64,000 nt of DNA from Selaginella moellendorffii. Lineage: Eukaryota; Plantae; Lycopodiophyta. The notes beneath the pieces were generated by a model. That model searched no databases. It was not told the DNA's origin and saw only the letters and a program-made list of their open reading frames with translations. The stretch is taken from positions 471,904 to 535,903 of the forward strand of contig NW_003314310.1 in assembly GCF_000143415.4 (NCBI RefSeq), given 5' to 3'. The translations under genes were made by a program, and so were the position numbers. Of the stretch, positions 9,633 through 21,390 are shown piece by piece; position 1 is the stretch's first letter, and the number at the start of each line of letters is the position of its first letter.

Positions 9633-10553
9633 CTTATGTCATTGGTTTACACTTGTTAGTATACAAAACCCTGTGATATTGAGTTTGGTCCTTCATATAT
9701 TCACTAAATAATACCTTACCATGTTTGCTAAATACCTTTGATATCATACACCTTGTGTTAGTTCCATTTGGTCTTAATTACTATTTATGGAAAGTGTCTA
9801 GATTTGCTAATTTTGCATATATATATAGAATGTAGAGATTGTTTTGAACACAATGATATTAGTCCCATGTCCAAATTTGCAATTTAGCACCATTCTATAT
9901 ATAATAATTTTTTAATTAATCACTAAGACTAACTCTTGGTACTAAGGATGGCTAAGGGTGAAAGCCCAAAGTATGCATTCCTTAGGGGGTGGGTGTGGGG
10001 GGTGGGGTGGTTCCAAATATATAGTAGGGATAGTGGGTATGTTGGGCATAGCTGACGAACTTGAGGTATAATTTAACTCTTGTTTACATATCTATCCTTA
10101 TTCTATATCTAGCTTGGGTCTAAGTCCAAGGTCCATACCATACTAATTGGTGGAGTACCCATATCCTCGCGTTAGGCCACTAGTATATTGAAATAGTGCT
10201 AGACTCCATTTATCTCCGTTTTGCATGTTGGTTCTAGCATTAGAATGCTAAATGCTCTAAGACTATTCCAAGTCACTTCATGCTCCTGTCTTTTTTCTTT
10301 TTGGGTTGTATGTTCGAGAGTTGCTCTATGCTCTAGTTTCGTTGCTCCTTGGCTCCATGCTTAGGAGTTTGGTTCTATTCCTTCATTTAGTGGCCTAAGG
10401 CCCTGAAATTTGGGTTCCACTCTGCTATTTTTGGACACATGGCATGTGGCACATAACATGTGACATGTAGCACATAAAAGGTTTAGGTTTTGCTTCGTGA
10501 TTATCCTATGGTAAATCACCATAAGATAAAAGGTAAAAACTATATGCACTACA
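9633..10553 (+). repeat. Diverged second copy (B2) of the family-B LTR
   Basis: Colinear with 8139-8813 plus an extra ~240-bp block containing GGGTGAAAGCCCAAAG/G-run/TATAGTAGGGATAGTG; ends GCACTACA. Confidence 0.75.
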
Positions 10554-11419
10554 CCCATATCCCAATGGGACTAATGCAAAAACTAGATGTGCCACCCTTT
10601 TAACAAGCTACTCTATGTGATTGTCTTACATCTCAAGTCCTAAAATAGAAGTAGTCATGGTCATTTCTTTTAGATTATGTTGATATCCAAATCTCCACCT
10701 CAAGCCAAATGTAAAACAAAGGTAGAAAGATGTCACTACCAGCAAATCTTATTATTGTCCACTCTCCCAAAACACAGAAGCTATTTGTTCCTCCACCACT
10801 CTAGTCGATTAAGTTTTGCTTATTCTTTCAAGATGGCATAATGGAGGCACACCACTGCAAGAGTGAGTCTCCATCATAAGGCCACTATTACATATATCCT
10901 CACTTATTGTCTGTCAAAATGATAGTAATTATGTGCTTCCCAAAGTGCTTACACTCTTGTCATTCTCTAGATATCCCAACACTCGTGGCCTATTGCCTCC
11001 CAAACTAGCATGCCAACTTTAGCTCTTGCCATGTCTTACCAGACTTGCATTCATTTGTGCCATCCTTGACACTAAATGCATTTCCAAGCCAGATTAATGG
11101 CTGAACCTCTTACTCCTTTGAACCTGTGGAGAATATCCCTAAAATGTTTCATAATTCTTGTGTCACCTTGAGAATTTGTTACAGTCTAAACCCTAATTAA
11201 TATATCTATTCCAATATCCTGAACACTCATAATAATAGACATTATTTTAAATAATATTTTCTAATAAAATTAAATTATTATTTCTATATCATTGTTTGAT
11301 GAGCAAAGAATGTGCTCCAATCCATCCAAGAAAAGGGGAGGATGGTGTATAATAAGAGTATAATAAACTAGAGATTCAATCCATGCTTTAGCCAGAGGTC
11401 TTTGATTATGTAGTGTGCT

Positions 11420-13606
11420 CTCACAGCTGCTATTGCCATCAGCGGCCCTCTACGCATCCCTCCTCCGCTGCTGTGGCATCTCCAGCTCGCTCGCCGACGG
11501 CTGTCGCGTCCACGAGGCCCTGTTGTGATCTTCCATCCTCTGGAACACCGCAAGTGCTTCCTCCGTGCTGCCACCCTTCGCGTACATCGAAACGAGCACA
11601 TTCTGGATTGTGATGTCTCCATGGAGGCCCAGGTTGATCATGGCGGCGTGGATCTTCCTAGAAATTCCCTGCTGGAGCACGCAGTGATTGCCACGACGAA
11701 GGTCACCGGATTGGGCTGGACGCGAGCTTGGATCATCCCCTTGAGCGTCTCCAGTGCCTGGCGGCAATCCCCAATCTGGGCCAATGCGGTGATCATCGCA
11801 GTCCACGACACTACATCCTTGTGCGGTATCTGATCAAACACCGCCCTGGCCTGCTCGATCGCTCCACACTTGGCATACATGTTGAGAAGCGCTGTGCCGA
11901 CGAACACACTCTTGCGGAGATCCGGGGAGAGAATTCTCGCGTGGATGACCATGCCCAGCGCGAAATCCTTGGCACACGCAGCCAGTGTGCTCACGATCAC
12001 CATTTAGTGGTTCCACATCCATGCGCTGGAGGAGATTGATCGCCTCGCGGCAATAACCCGACTGCACGTAGGCCGCGATGATGCAGCTCCAAGACACCAC
12101 ATCTTTCTTGGGCATCTGATCGAAGACTGCAGGCATGGCCGCGAGGCTGCTGGTGCCACCACATTTCCTGTACATCTGGATGAGGAGATTACTGAGGCGC
12201 TCTGGAGGAAGTGGCCTGTGGCGAGGATGTGACAGCATGATCGCGGCCACACACAGTCTTGCACGGCGATGGGCCTCTTCCATGGCATGAACTTGGAAGG
12301 GATCAAGCCCGACGACGTGAGCTTTCTGGGAGCTCTAAGTGCCTGCACGAGCCCTGGGTGCTTGCGATCGTGCAAGCGGATCCACTCGCAGCTGGAGCTC
12401 GCCGCGGTGCACTCTCCTCCAGATTTGAGCTTGGAGAACTCGCTTGTCACTGCCTACGCCAAGTGTGGAGATCTAGAGGCCACCGAGAGGATTTTTCAGA
12501 GAATCCCAGGCAAGAACGTTGTGTCCTGGACGGCCATGCTCACTGCTACACATTTCACGGCAATGGATCCAAAGCTCTCGAGCTCTACGACAAGATGGTC
12601 GGGCAGTCGATCCAGCCGGACAGCGTGGTGCTGCTCAACGTACACCGGATCACTGGTCGGGGACGTCGGCCTCGCGAGAAAGCTCCATGCTCGCGTTGCT
12701 TCCTCCAGCTTCGTGCTCAAGATCCAGATCCAGAATGCGTTCATCAACATGTACGCACAGTGCGGCAGCCTGGAGGAGGCAAGGTGGGTGTTCGATGGGA
12801 TTGAGAAGAAGAACTTGGTGTCATGGAACGCGATGATGGGATCTTATGTGCAGCATGGATACGTTGAGGAAGCAATTGCATTGTTGCTGGGAACTCGAGG
12901 ACCATGGAGTCCGGCTTGAGGTGCTCGGTCTCTGCGAGCTCGGACTCTAGTTTGTACACAAAGAGTGTGAAGAGCTCGGACTCCACTAACACCTCGGCCT
13001 CCACCATCTCGGACTCCATTCTAAAGCCCGATTGCATCATGGCCGTCATTCTCCTGTGTGCCCACGCCAGCCTGGGCAAGCTCGCCGAGGGGCGGCGCAT
13101 CCACGCTGAGCCATGCGCCGCGAATCCGGAGATTCTCGCGGGCCACGACCAACGTCACCCTGGCAATGCGCTGGTTAGCATGTATGCGCGCTGCGGCAGC
13201 ATGGGAGATGCCGTCGTCGCCTTCCACCTCATGAGAGCCTGCCACACGGTGACTGGAGTTCCCTGGTGGCGGGATACGCCCACCACAGCCTTGCCGAATA
13301 TGTCATCCTCCTCTACTGTGACATGCACCTCGAGGGCATCCAGCCCGACAGTGTCACCTACGTCAGCGTCCTCAACTCGTGCAGCCATGCATTTCTTCGA
13401 AGTGCATGGTGGACGTGCTGGGGCAGACGGGGTTTGTCGGGCGGGCGGAGGACGTGGTGAGGAATATGCCGTTCCAGGTGGCGTGGAACACGCTGCTGGG
13501 CTGCAAGGTGCACAGGGACGTGCGGTGGGGGGCTGTGGCAGCGTGGAACGCGGTGGGGATTAGCCCGGGTTTTCCGTGGTCAACGGTGCTGCTGTCCAAT
13601 ATGTAA
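11420..13606 (+). pseudogene. PLS-class PPR pseudogene (frameshifted, with an internal inversion)
   Basis: Fragments such as NSLVTAYAKCGDLEATERIF, NVVSWTAM and NALVSMYARCGSM lie in several frames; 11509-12232 is on the opposite strand. Confidence 0.88.
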
Positions 13607-14369
13607 CGCTCAAAATTGTCAACATTATCTGGTCAGCGTTCTTATTACTAGAGAATGCACAAAAGTTCAACCTGGACAGTGATATCAGTCAATTTTCTAC
13701 AATTTGCAGCCCCTGTTGGATTCTTGTTGGGATTTTTCTTTTGTTGCAGCTCTTGTTTGCCACATACCATGAATGCCAGGAGCATGGTTTTAAAGAAATG
13801 CTTCCAGTGGACACAACCAGTGCGTCCATATTCTGGAAAAAGCTGGAAGAGACCACACAAAATAGTAGTCAAAGTTAATCACATGGATTGTAGTGAAAAA
13901 AAAGTAAAAACTTATCTTGAAACAAGTGCCTCCTATTTTTCTAAATCGTCATTGCAAGCATTTACAAAGCTTTGGAACGTTGGAGAAATCCCGGGACTTT
14001 TTTCCTCGAGCTGGATCACCGTGTCCAATCCTTCCACCCATCGATTTCTTCTGTAAGCCTTGGCGATATCTTCCACCACCACCGGCGATGCCAAACTCAT
14101 CTCCCTGGCTAGCATCGCCCCCACTGGAGCTCGTCGAGACGATCCAGCCACGAGTATCCAACGAGCAACGCGTTGTAGCTCTCCTTGCTAAGTTCCTCCT
14201 CCTCCTCCTCCATTTCCCCATGTGTCTTGTCGAAATCCTCTGGCATTCCCATCTTCGAGTAGCCGCAGAGGAGAGTGTTGTAAGAAGCTCTCGAAATCTC
14301 TCACGTAGCTCTTCTTGTCCAAGATCGCCTCACGCGCCCCCATGGACGAAGCATTCTCGACCCGCAAAT

Positions 14370-14930
14370 ATGTTAGCTCAAAATAATCACATGGAAGAAG
14401 CAAAATGGTTTATTTATCACATGTCATTCAAAAATATTGAAAAAATGTTTTCGGCTTGGAGGGCAGTATTATCAGGCTGTAGGGAATGCACAAATTCTGA
14501 GAATTTTAAAGTGGCTCAGTTAGCATTTAAAGTTATTGTAAAAGCTGATAAAACTGATGCAATGATGCAAGATATTTACGAAACATTAAGTATGTTCATA
14601 GAAAAGCAAGGGACAGAACGTGAAAGGAAAGAACAAAAGGCATTGAAAAAACAAGGAGTAAGTTTCTGGAGTGATGATAATGGCAAAGTACATGAATTTT
14701 GGCCAGATTTGAGATGTGGAAATAAGGAAAATAAGTTGACAGAGTATGGAGGTTGTATGCACAGCAAATTAAAATATCTAAAGTATGCTTTTGGGCGTAC
14801 TAAACCTGAGAAAGTAATTCTTATCATAAAATTCACTAGAATGTGTATCAATTGCCATGAAGAGATCTTTCTCAGCAAAGGAAAGGCATAATCACAGTCA
14901 ACAATTGTCACTTCTTCCAGAATGGTAACA
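14370..14930 (+). pseudogene. AT-rich divergent PPR E/E+/DYW-domain fragment (inverted copy ~24855-25300)
   Basis: AWRAVLSGC, KKQGVSFWSD..GKVHEF, HSKL..AFG, RMCINCH, HFFQNG; the right copy continues KCSC. Confidence 0.75.
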
Positions 14931-16317
14931 CCTAAATAGTTTAAATTATATAATAATACAGAGTTTACAGGACGTGCTGTTCAAAGTGGGAGGTATCAAT
15001 ACACAGCCAGTACTCAACTCCAAATATAAAGAAATTTGAACATGCATTTAAAAAGTAATAACACTATCAGATATCAGAACATAGTAAAGCACACTTGTGT
15101 AGCAATCAGAGTCAAACATTCCAAAGAAGCAGCTAGTCAGACCATGCTATCATTGTTATGATGAAGCAGCTCCGTTCTGTAGCACTGCTTGCAATTATTC
15201 ATTGAAGAAGGAAGAAGAGTTGCTTGGGTATGAGATAAATACTTGAAAAGGAGCTTTGAAACATTGTAGAACTTCTACTCAGGAAATGGATGCAACTTGC
15301 AATGTTTAAAAAGGAACATGCAGAGACTTGCCGCTAGCTGGATTGATGTTGGCAGATTTGTGATGTTGTTTGTTGTGCTGTATTCTTGTGGAGACGACCA
15401 TTGCCTTCTGGAAGAGCTGTGAGAACGTCTAGCTAGCCCTAAACCCTAAACGGTTAAGCGGATTGATGCTTCGATATTGTTGTTCAAAGGATGCAAAGTA
15501 CAACTACCAGCCAAATGATACTTGTGAGGGCTTCCAGCAGATACTTAGTCAAGTGGCTTTCTTTTCACTTACAAATCATGGGGATAGTTTTTGATAATGA
15601 GAGCTTAGATCAGGGTTTGGAACAAATAGTTGGAAATCCTGTCAAAGTTTATCAATAGCTCTTGTGAGTGCTATCAACTAGCCTGCATATGTTGTATGTC
15701 ATCATGCATTTTTAATGGCGAAGAATTTGTTTGTTTTGTCTCAAGATATTTGGATATGCTTTTTATACTTGAATCTTCTGCTTTCTTTAAATTTTGAATT
15801 TTCATATTATTTAGAACTAAAGATAATATATTTCTTGGTTTTTGGTGTGCCGCTGCTGCGAGGAAAGCCGTCCAATCTCGTCAATAACCGTCTTTGCTAG
15901 ATAACTTTATAAATATGTATAGACTGTCTATAGTATATAGCAGAGATGTATATATAGAGTTTATACAGTAACTATCTTAAAAAACTATATTTGTTGTTTT
16001 CACAAATTAATCTTCTTTACTGGAAACATTTATTTAAGTTTCAAAATATCAGAGTTATGGTAGATATGTTTATCTTGGTTAGAATTTATAATTTTTAAAA
16101 TTTTGATTTTAAGTTTGCTATCAATTTTAGAACTAGTCTAAATTTTGGTGTGTAATGGATTTAGTTAATGTAGTGTAGCCTTTTTGTCATTGAAAAAATT
16201 AGTAGAAGGTTATATCATCTATAGTTTTGGTCATGGATATGAATTCTTTTTTAAAAAATGAAGCTAATAATCAATAATATATTTAAAAATTACATAATAC
16301 TATTATAAATAATGATT

Positions 16318-16321
<4 letters not shown>

Positions 16322-16372
<51 letters not shown>
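16322..16372. repeat. (TA)n microsatellite
   Basis: About 25 perfect TA units. Confidence 0.98.
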
Positions 16373-16375
<3 letters not shown>

Positions 16376-17259
16376 AAAAAAGATAAACGCAATAGAAGAT
16401 AATGCAGTTATTTTAGATATATTAATGTATCTAAATAAATTACCTTCTATGATACTTTGGGCTTCCACAATAATAAAAATATGCAATCATTATCAAAAGA
16501 ACTGTTAGCATTAGTTTTAACCTTAAAACCCATTTACACTTGATAGCTTTTTGTTTGTGGAACTAATTATCAAGCACCTTTTATAAGCACAATGTTATAA
16601 ATGGGCAATGTCAAAACTCCTTCCAAGGTAAATGCCACACTCGTCCCCCGTCGAAGCACCTGGAAAACATACACAATTTAGTTTGGATGATCAGAGAATC
16701 ACAGCATATCTCAATATAATTCTTGTAGTTGCATTTTCTGTCTGGGTTCGTTATAGGAGCCTGAGGATTGTGAATGCACATGTACTTGTGTCTTCCAACC
16801 TATTTGAATCAGAAATTTTTGATATATTCTTGAGCCAAGGGGGCTGGTGTGCATGGATTTTCCAGCGTTGTTGAGAACAAGAATTTGATGACCAACAAAC
16901 ACCCCAGGGTTTACAACATACACACATCTCTCATACACTAGAAAAACATATACACTTCCTTGATCAATCACAACATGAAAGAGTTCGACTATCTATATAG
17001 CCGCAACATTTATGTAATTTTTATTTAAAATATTTTTTTCATTCATTTTTTAAGCTTCTATACATATTTTTATATACATATTTGGATAGAACTTTAACTC
17101 CATAATATTTATAAGTATAAGCTCTAAGCTTTCACCACGAACCCTAAAATTTCCAGAGAAAGCCCTAATAATCTATTGATCTGACGGCTGTCGTTGGTTG
17201 AACGGTGACGATTGTTTCCAAAGACCTAATGTTAGGGTTTTTACGGCGGCGAGAAAGCT

Positions 17260-20251
17260 ATGGACGCCTCTTCATCTAGAAAGCGAGAGCCGGATGAGGA
17301 GAAGATAAAGCGACTTAAAACAGGTGAGATTGTTCATGTGAAACGTCGTCTGCAGCTGGCACGTAAGGAAATTTCACGCCTTGGAATCAAATTGTGGGAA
17401 GCCGGGGAGGATGCCGAACTAAAGGAGCAGATAGCCTCAGAGAAAGTGCGGGCGAGTCAACTCCAGGATGATGTGTCGAAACTGGAACGCGAGCTCTCTG
17501 AAATCCTCCAGCCGCCACCTGAATACTGGAAAAGAGTGGAGGGTATTGCCGAATCAGCATTTGCGCAGGAGTACCAAAGAGTTGGGGGATTAGACAACGT
17601 GGAGTCGTTGCGTGAGAAGCTGGAAGAAACAGGAGACATGTGGAAGACGAAGAAAGCCATGATAGCACCTGTTGTCACGTTAGTTCAGTCGAGTGGCTGG
17701 GGAAAGTCGAGGACTACCTGCGAGCTTGCGAATTTAGGTGTGTTCGTCATCTACTGCTCATTCGCTTCATCTGGCACCGCATACCCTCCAAGGTCTGCCT
17801 TTGCGGACTTCTTCTACACAAACGCCGTCAAATTGCTCAGCTCGGGTTCTACGTTGTCGCAGAGCAGGTTCATGCTCTTCTGCATTGACTACTTTGTGTC
17901 ATGCATCGAGGCTCTTCTGCATCTGACTTCCGGGGAGGACCCCATGGATGCCAAGAAGTTCTTGAACGATCTCATGGTTGGGAAGAACTTTTGGGACGTG
18001 GTACAGGCGAAGATGGAGATAGGAAACGCAGCCCGGGAGGAGTTTGCTAATCGCCTTGACGTCGACCTGAAAGAGAAGCCTGGCGAGAAAACCAATATGT
18101 GGGGCATCTGGGAAAGTAAGGTGTTTAAGAAGTACAACACGCTTGAAGGTCTACTGTCAAATGTTCCAGCTCCTGCCAAAGGAAAACTGAAGGTCCTGTT
18201 TGTCATGGACGAAGCCCGATGGTTTACTTTGCATGCTGATCTGACAACTGTTGCTGCATTTGTTCCTGCAAGGAGGGCTTCCAGGGTGTTGCCTGAAGAT
18301 GGAAGTGTGTCGGTGATGTTCACCGACACAAACGGGAGGCTAAACAATTTTGTGCCGCCCAATAAGGCATCCGGTTTAGGGTTTAGTAGCGATCGAGTGG
18401 CTGCGGCGGGAAAGCTAGTTGCACATCCAGCGTATTGCTTTTTCTTGGCAGACTTGCCATCGGACGAACAAACAGGTGGCCTTCTGCTTGCTCAAGTTGA
18501 AGATCTGGGTCGTCTTTGCGGCTATGGTCGGCCACTGTGGCAAGCATTGGTGAAGGCTTCCGCAAGTGCACGTGACGTGCTGCTTTTGGCTGTAGATAAG
18601 CTCCTGGGTGGCACTGGTTCGTTCAACAAGTGTATGCTTGAAAGAGGAGGTTTATCACATGAGGCTTGTCTGGCTACACTGGGCTGCAGAGTATGCATCG
18701 ACATCAATCCGCATGCCACAATTATCACTGATATGGTTGCAAGTCACCTACTTAGCGTGATGTCCATTTCTGATGACCAGACTCTTGTTTGGACGCATTG
18801 GGCTACGGAGCCACTGGTTGCAGCGGCTGCAGCACGGGTTTTGCGTGCACAAGGGAAGGTTGGGACAGGGTGGAAGGAGTGCTTGGAGGCACTTGTAACT
18901 GGGATGAAGCGTGGATGGGTTGATCGAGGTTACAGGGGCGAGTTGGTTGCACGGGTGCTGCTACTTCTTGCAGTGGACAGTCTAGACAGAGATTCATGGA
19001 AGTGCTTTACTTTTGACGAGCTTTGCCGTGGCTTAAGTGGGAAGTCACTGTCCGATCTTATTAGAGAAGGTGAGCAGAATTCAGCATCTCCGACCCCCAA
19101 AGCTCCAGGTGGTGGAGGAGAAGTGCAGGTCGAAGTAAACATGCCACCACCTCCGGCCTGGGCTTTGAAGCGTAGGGGAAGCAGGGTTAAAGTAAACAAA
19201 AAAATTCGGGGTCAGCCTCAGGTGGCTTCAGCGTCCCTGTCCAAAGCTCCAGGAGAAAAAGCGCAGGTCAAAGTAAAGACGCCGCCACCTGATGTGAAGT
19301 TGCCATCTCCAACGCTGACGGCCTCGAAAGCTCCAGGTGGAAGTACGCACAATGCTGAAGGTGAAGGGGAAACAAAACAAGCAGGTGGCTCTATAGATGG
19401 AAGTGGTAAAGAAGAAATCCACAGAAACATGGGTGAAGCCAAGTTTTTTTGCTTGCTATTCAGGAAAACCGACTTCCAACTGCAGGAGCTCACCGCAAAA
19501 GATTTGCTTGAATTTGGAAAGGCTGGCGTAGGAATCATTTGCCGTGAAAATGAATGGGGCATAGACATCGTCATCGTTGGGTTCTTTGGTGACACGTTTA
19601 GCCTGGAGACGATGACACTCATTTTGGTGCAGGTGAAACACAGAGAGAAACATGATGTTGATTTAGCATGTGCTAAATGCTCTCCGGAGTTTTCTCAGAT
19701 GTTCAGTAGCAGTGCAGGGCCTCAAGGTTGGACTGGGTTGAAGGTGCCATATGCCAGTCTGGTTTTGAATGTATGTGCCTTCCAGCAGTGTTCGTTACAG
19801 AACTAGGAAACTTGTCACAGAGGCATTGCTGAAGAAGAAGCCTGCAAATCATTCCATGGCAATGGCTCTCCATGACGCTGATCCGGAATGCAAAGGCCTT
19901 CAGGAATGGACAAAAGGCTATGATGGGGATAGATCACACCCGGTATTCAAGTCATGGGAACGGTATTTTGCTTCAGATGATCATCTCCAACACATTGTGG
20001 TCATTGAAGGTATGTTTGTGCTGTTTCATTTTCAATCACTTGATGTTATCTTTTGCACTCCAGGTTTGGATGCATTCTCATCCAAGGACAATGTGAAAGA
20101 CCTGGTCGACATCTCTCTGGATTCTACTGCAGACATGAGGAAACTAGAACAAGTTCAGAAGACGTATGCACATAGAATGTTTGGATGGGTTAAGAACACG
20201 GCAATGCGCAAGTGTTTGGAGCCAAAGCTCAGTGTGAAAAAGAGCAAGTAA
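17260..20251 (+). CDS. Crinkler/RHS(CR)-type P-loop NTPase + PD-(D/E)xK restriction-endonuclease-fold protein; 3' exon structure uncertain
   Basis: 848-aa uninterrupted ORF (17260-19806) with an N-terminal coiled coil, Walker A LVQSSGWGKSR, YPPRS, Walker B VLFVMDEA, YGRPLW, EPLVA, RGELVARVLLL and GIDIVI...ILVQVK. Probable further exons to 20251 (intron 20010-20063). Family assigned from motif recall. Confidence 0.75.
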
Positions 20252-21390
20252 AATTGAGAATTTTCTTGAGAAATAATTTTTATTGGTAGACCTGTTAAGG
20301 TGTCAAGATGAGATCACTAGATGATCTTCTGGTTAAACAAGGACAAAGGTCTTTGTTTAGGTCAAAGAATAAGATTCTTAGTTCAAAGTATTGATTTAAA
20401 CTATTGGTAATGGTGTGGCTTGATCAAGGTGATCCACTTAAAAGGAAATCAATTGTGCAGATACAAGATATATTGAGTTCAAGAAAATAGTCTCTAGGAA
20501 AGACCCATGGGAGGGTTACAAAGTTGGGTTATGGACGAAGCCCATAGCAGAAAATGCTAAAAAGACCAACTAAGGGTGAGCACCCTCTGAACTTGGCAAA
20601 GTACAATCTTTGCCATGGAACCAAAAGAATATCTTAAAAATGGAGGTAGTGATCCTATGTTATTTGGTACAACAATCAATAGATATGAGTAAAAGACTAG
20701 TGGCCAAATGTGGGCCATGAAATTCATTAGAAGAAATCCAAATCGCAAAGTTAGGCAAGAAACAAATGCTAATGCATTGTGGAAAAGGAAGTGTGTTTCC
20801 AAGGATGGATTCTTAAATGTTTTAATTTGGCAAAGGTGAAAGCTCTAAGGGAGGGAGCAGCAAAGTAGCCAAATGATAGGGCCGTGGATAGCTCTAGCAC
20901 AACTTACGATAGTTGGAATTTAGTGCTTAAAGGTGGTACGAAATAGAAAAAAGGATGATGGTGCCCTCAAGTTAGGATGGGGAAGTGGAGTTTGCACAAT
21001 ATATACAATAAAAGGTGTTAGAGACACTTAGGAAATTGACTTTGAGAAGTCAAGATTAAAGATTCTAAAGTGGAATGGTTATATCGATAGAAGTTGAGAC
21101 TACTCAAGAATGAATAGTGGGATTGAGATAGAGAAGGTGTCTTTAAAGGGTTTAACAAAAACTAAACCAACAAAAGGGAGAAAACCACCACAAATGGTCA
21201 ATCAAGTCTTTACATTATAGAGATTATGCTTCTTAGAGGATGGAGAAGGTATGGTAAGCCTTCAATGTCAAACCATTAACGAATATTGGCTAGGTGCCAA
21301 GGATGGAAGGGGTAATACATGGTTGTGTTACTTTATAAAATGGTTTACCATTCAATAAGGACATCAAACTTTGTCTATGGGTGGTGGAGT

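Larger units (their letters stand above)
10871..16080 (+). repeat. Left arm of a large inverted duplication
   Basis: Reverse complement of 23871-29364 along its length, with indels and one internal inversion. Inner junctions TATCTTGGTT (16080) / AACCAAGATA (23871). Confidence 0.9.

Noticed and set aside
13917-14891. 324-aa ORF (and 24909-25676) as a real gene
   Set aside because: Chance fusion of an antisense P-PPR fragment with the DYW fragment; the junctions differ between the two arms.
15437-15450. Telomere-type repeats (also ~24391, 32599, 41614, 54662)
   Set aside because: Only 1-3 units, mostly near gene starts; ordinary telo-box elements rather than telomere or healing sites.
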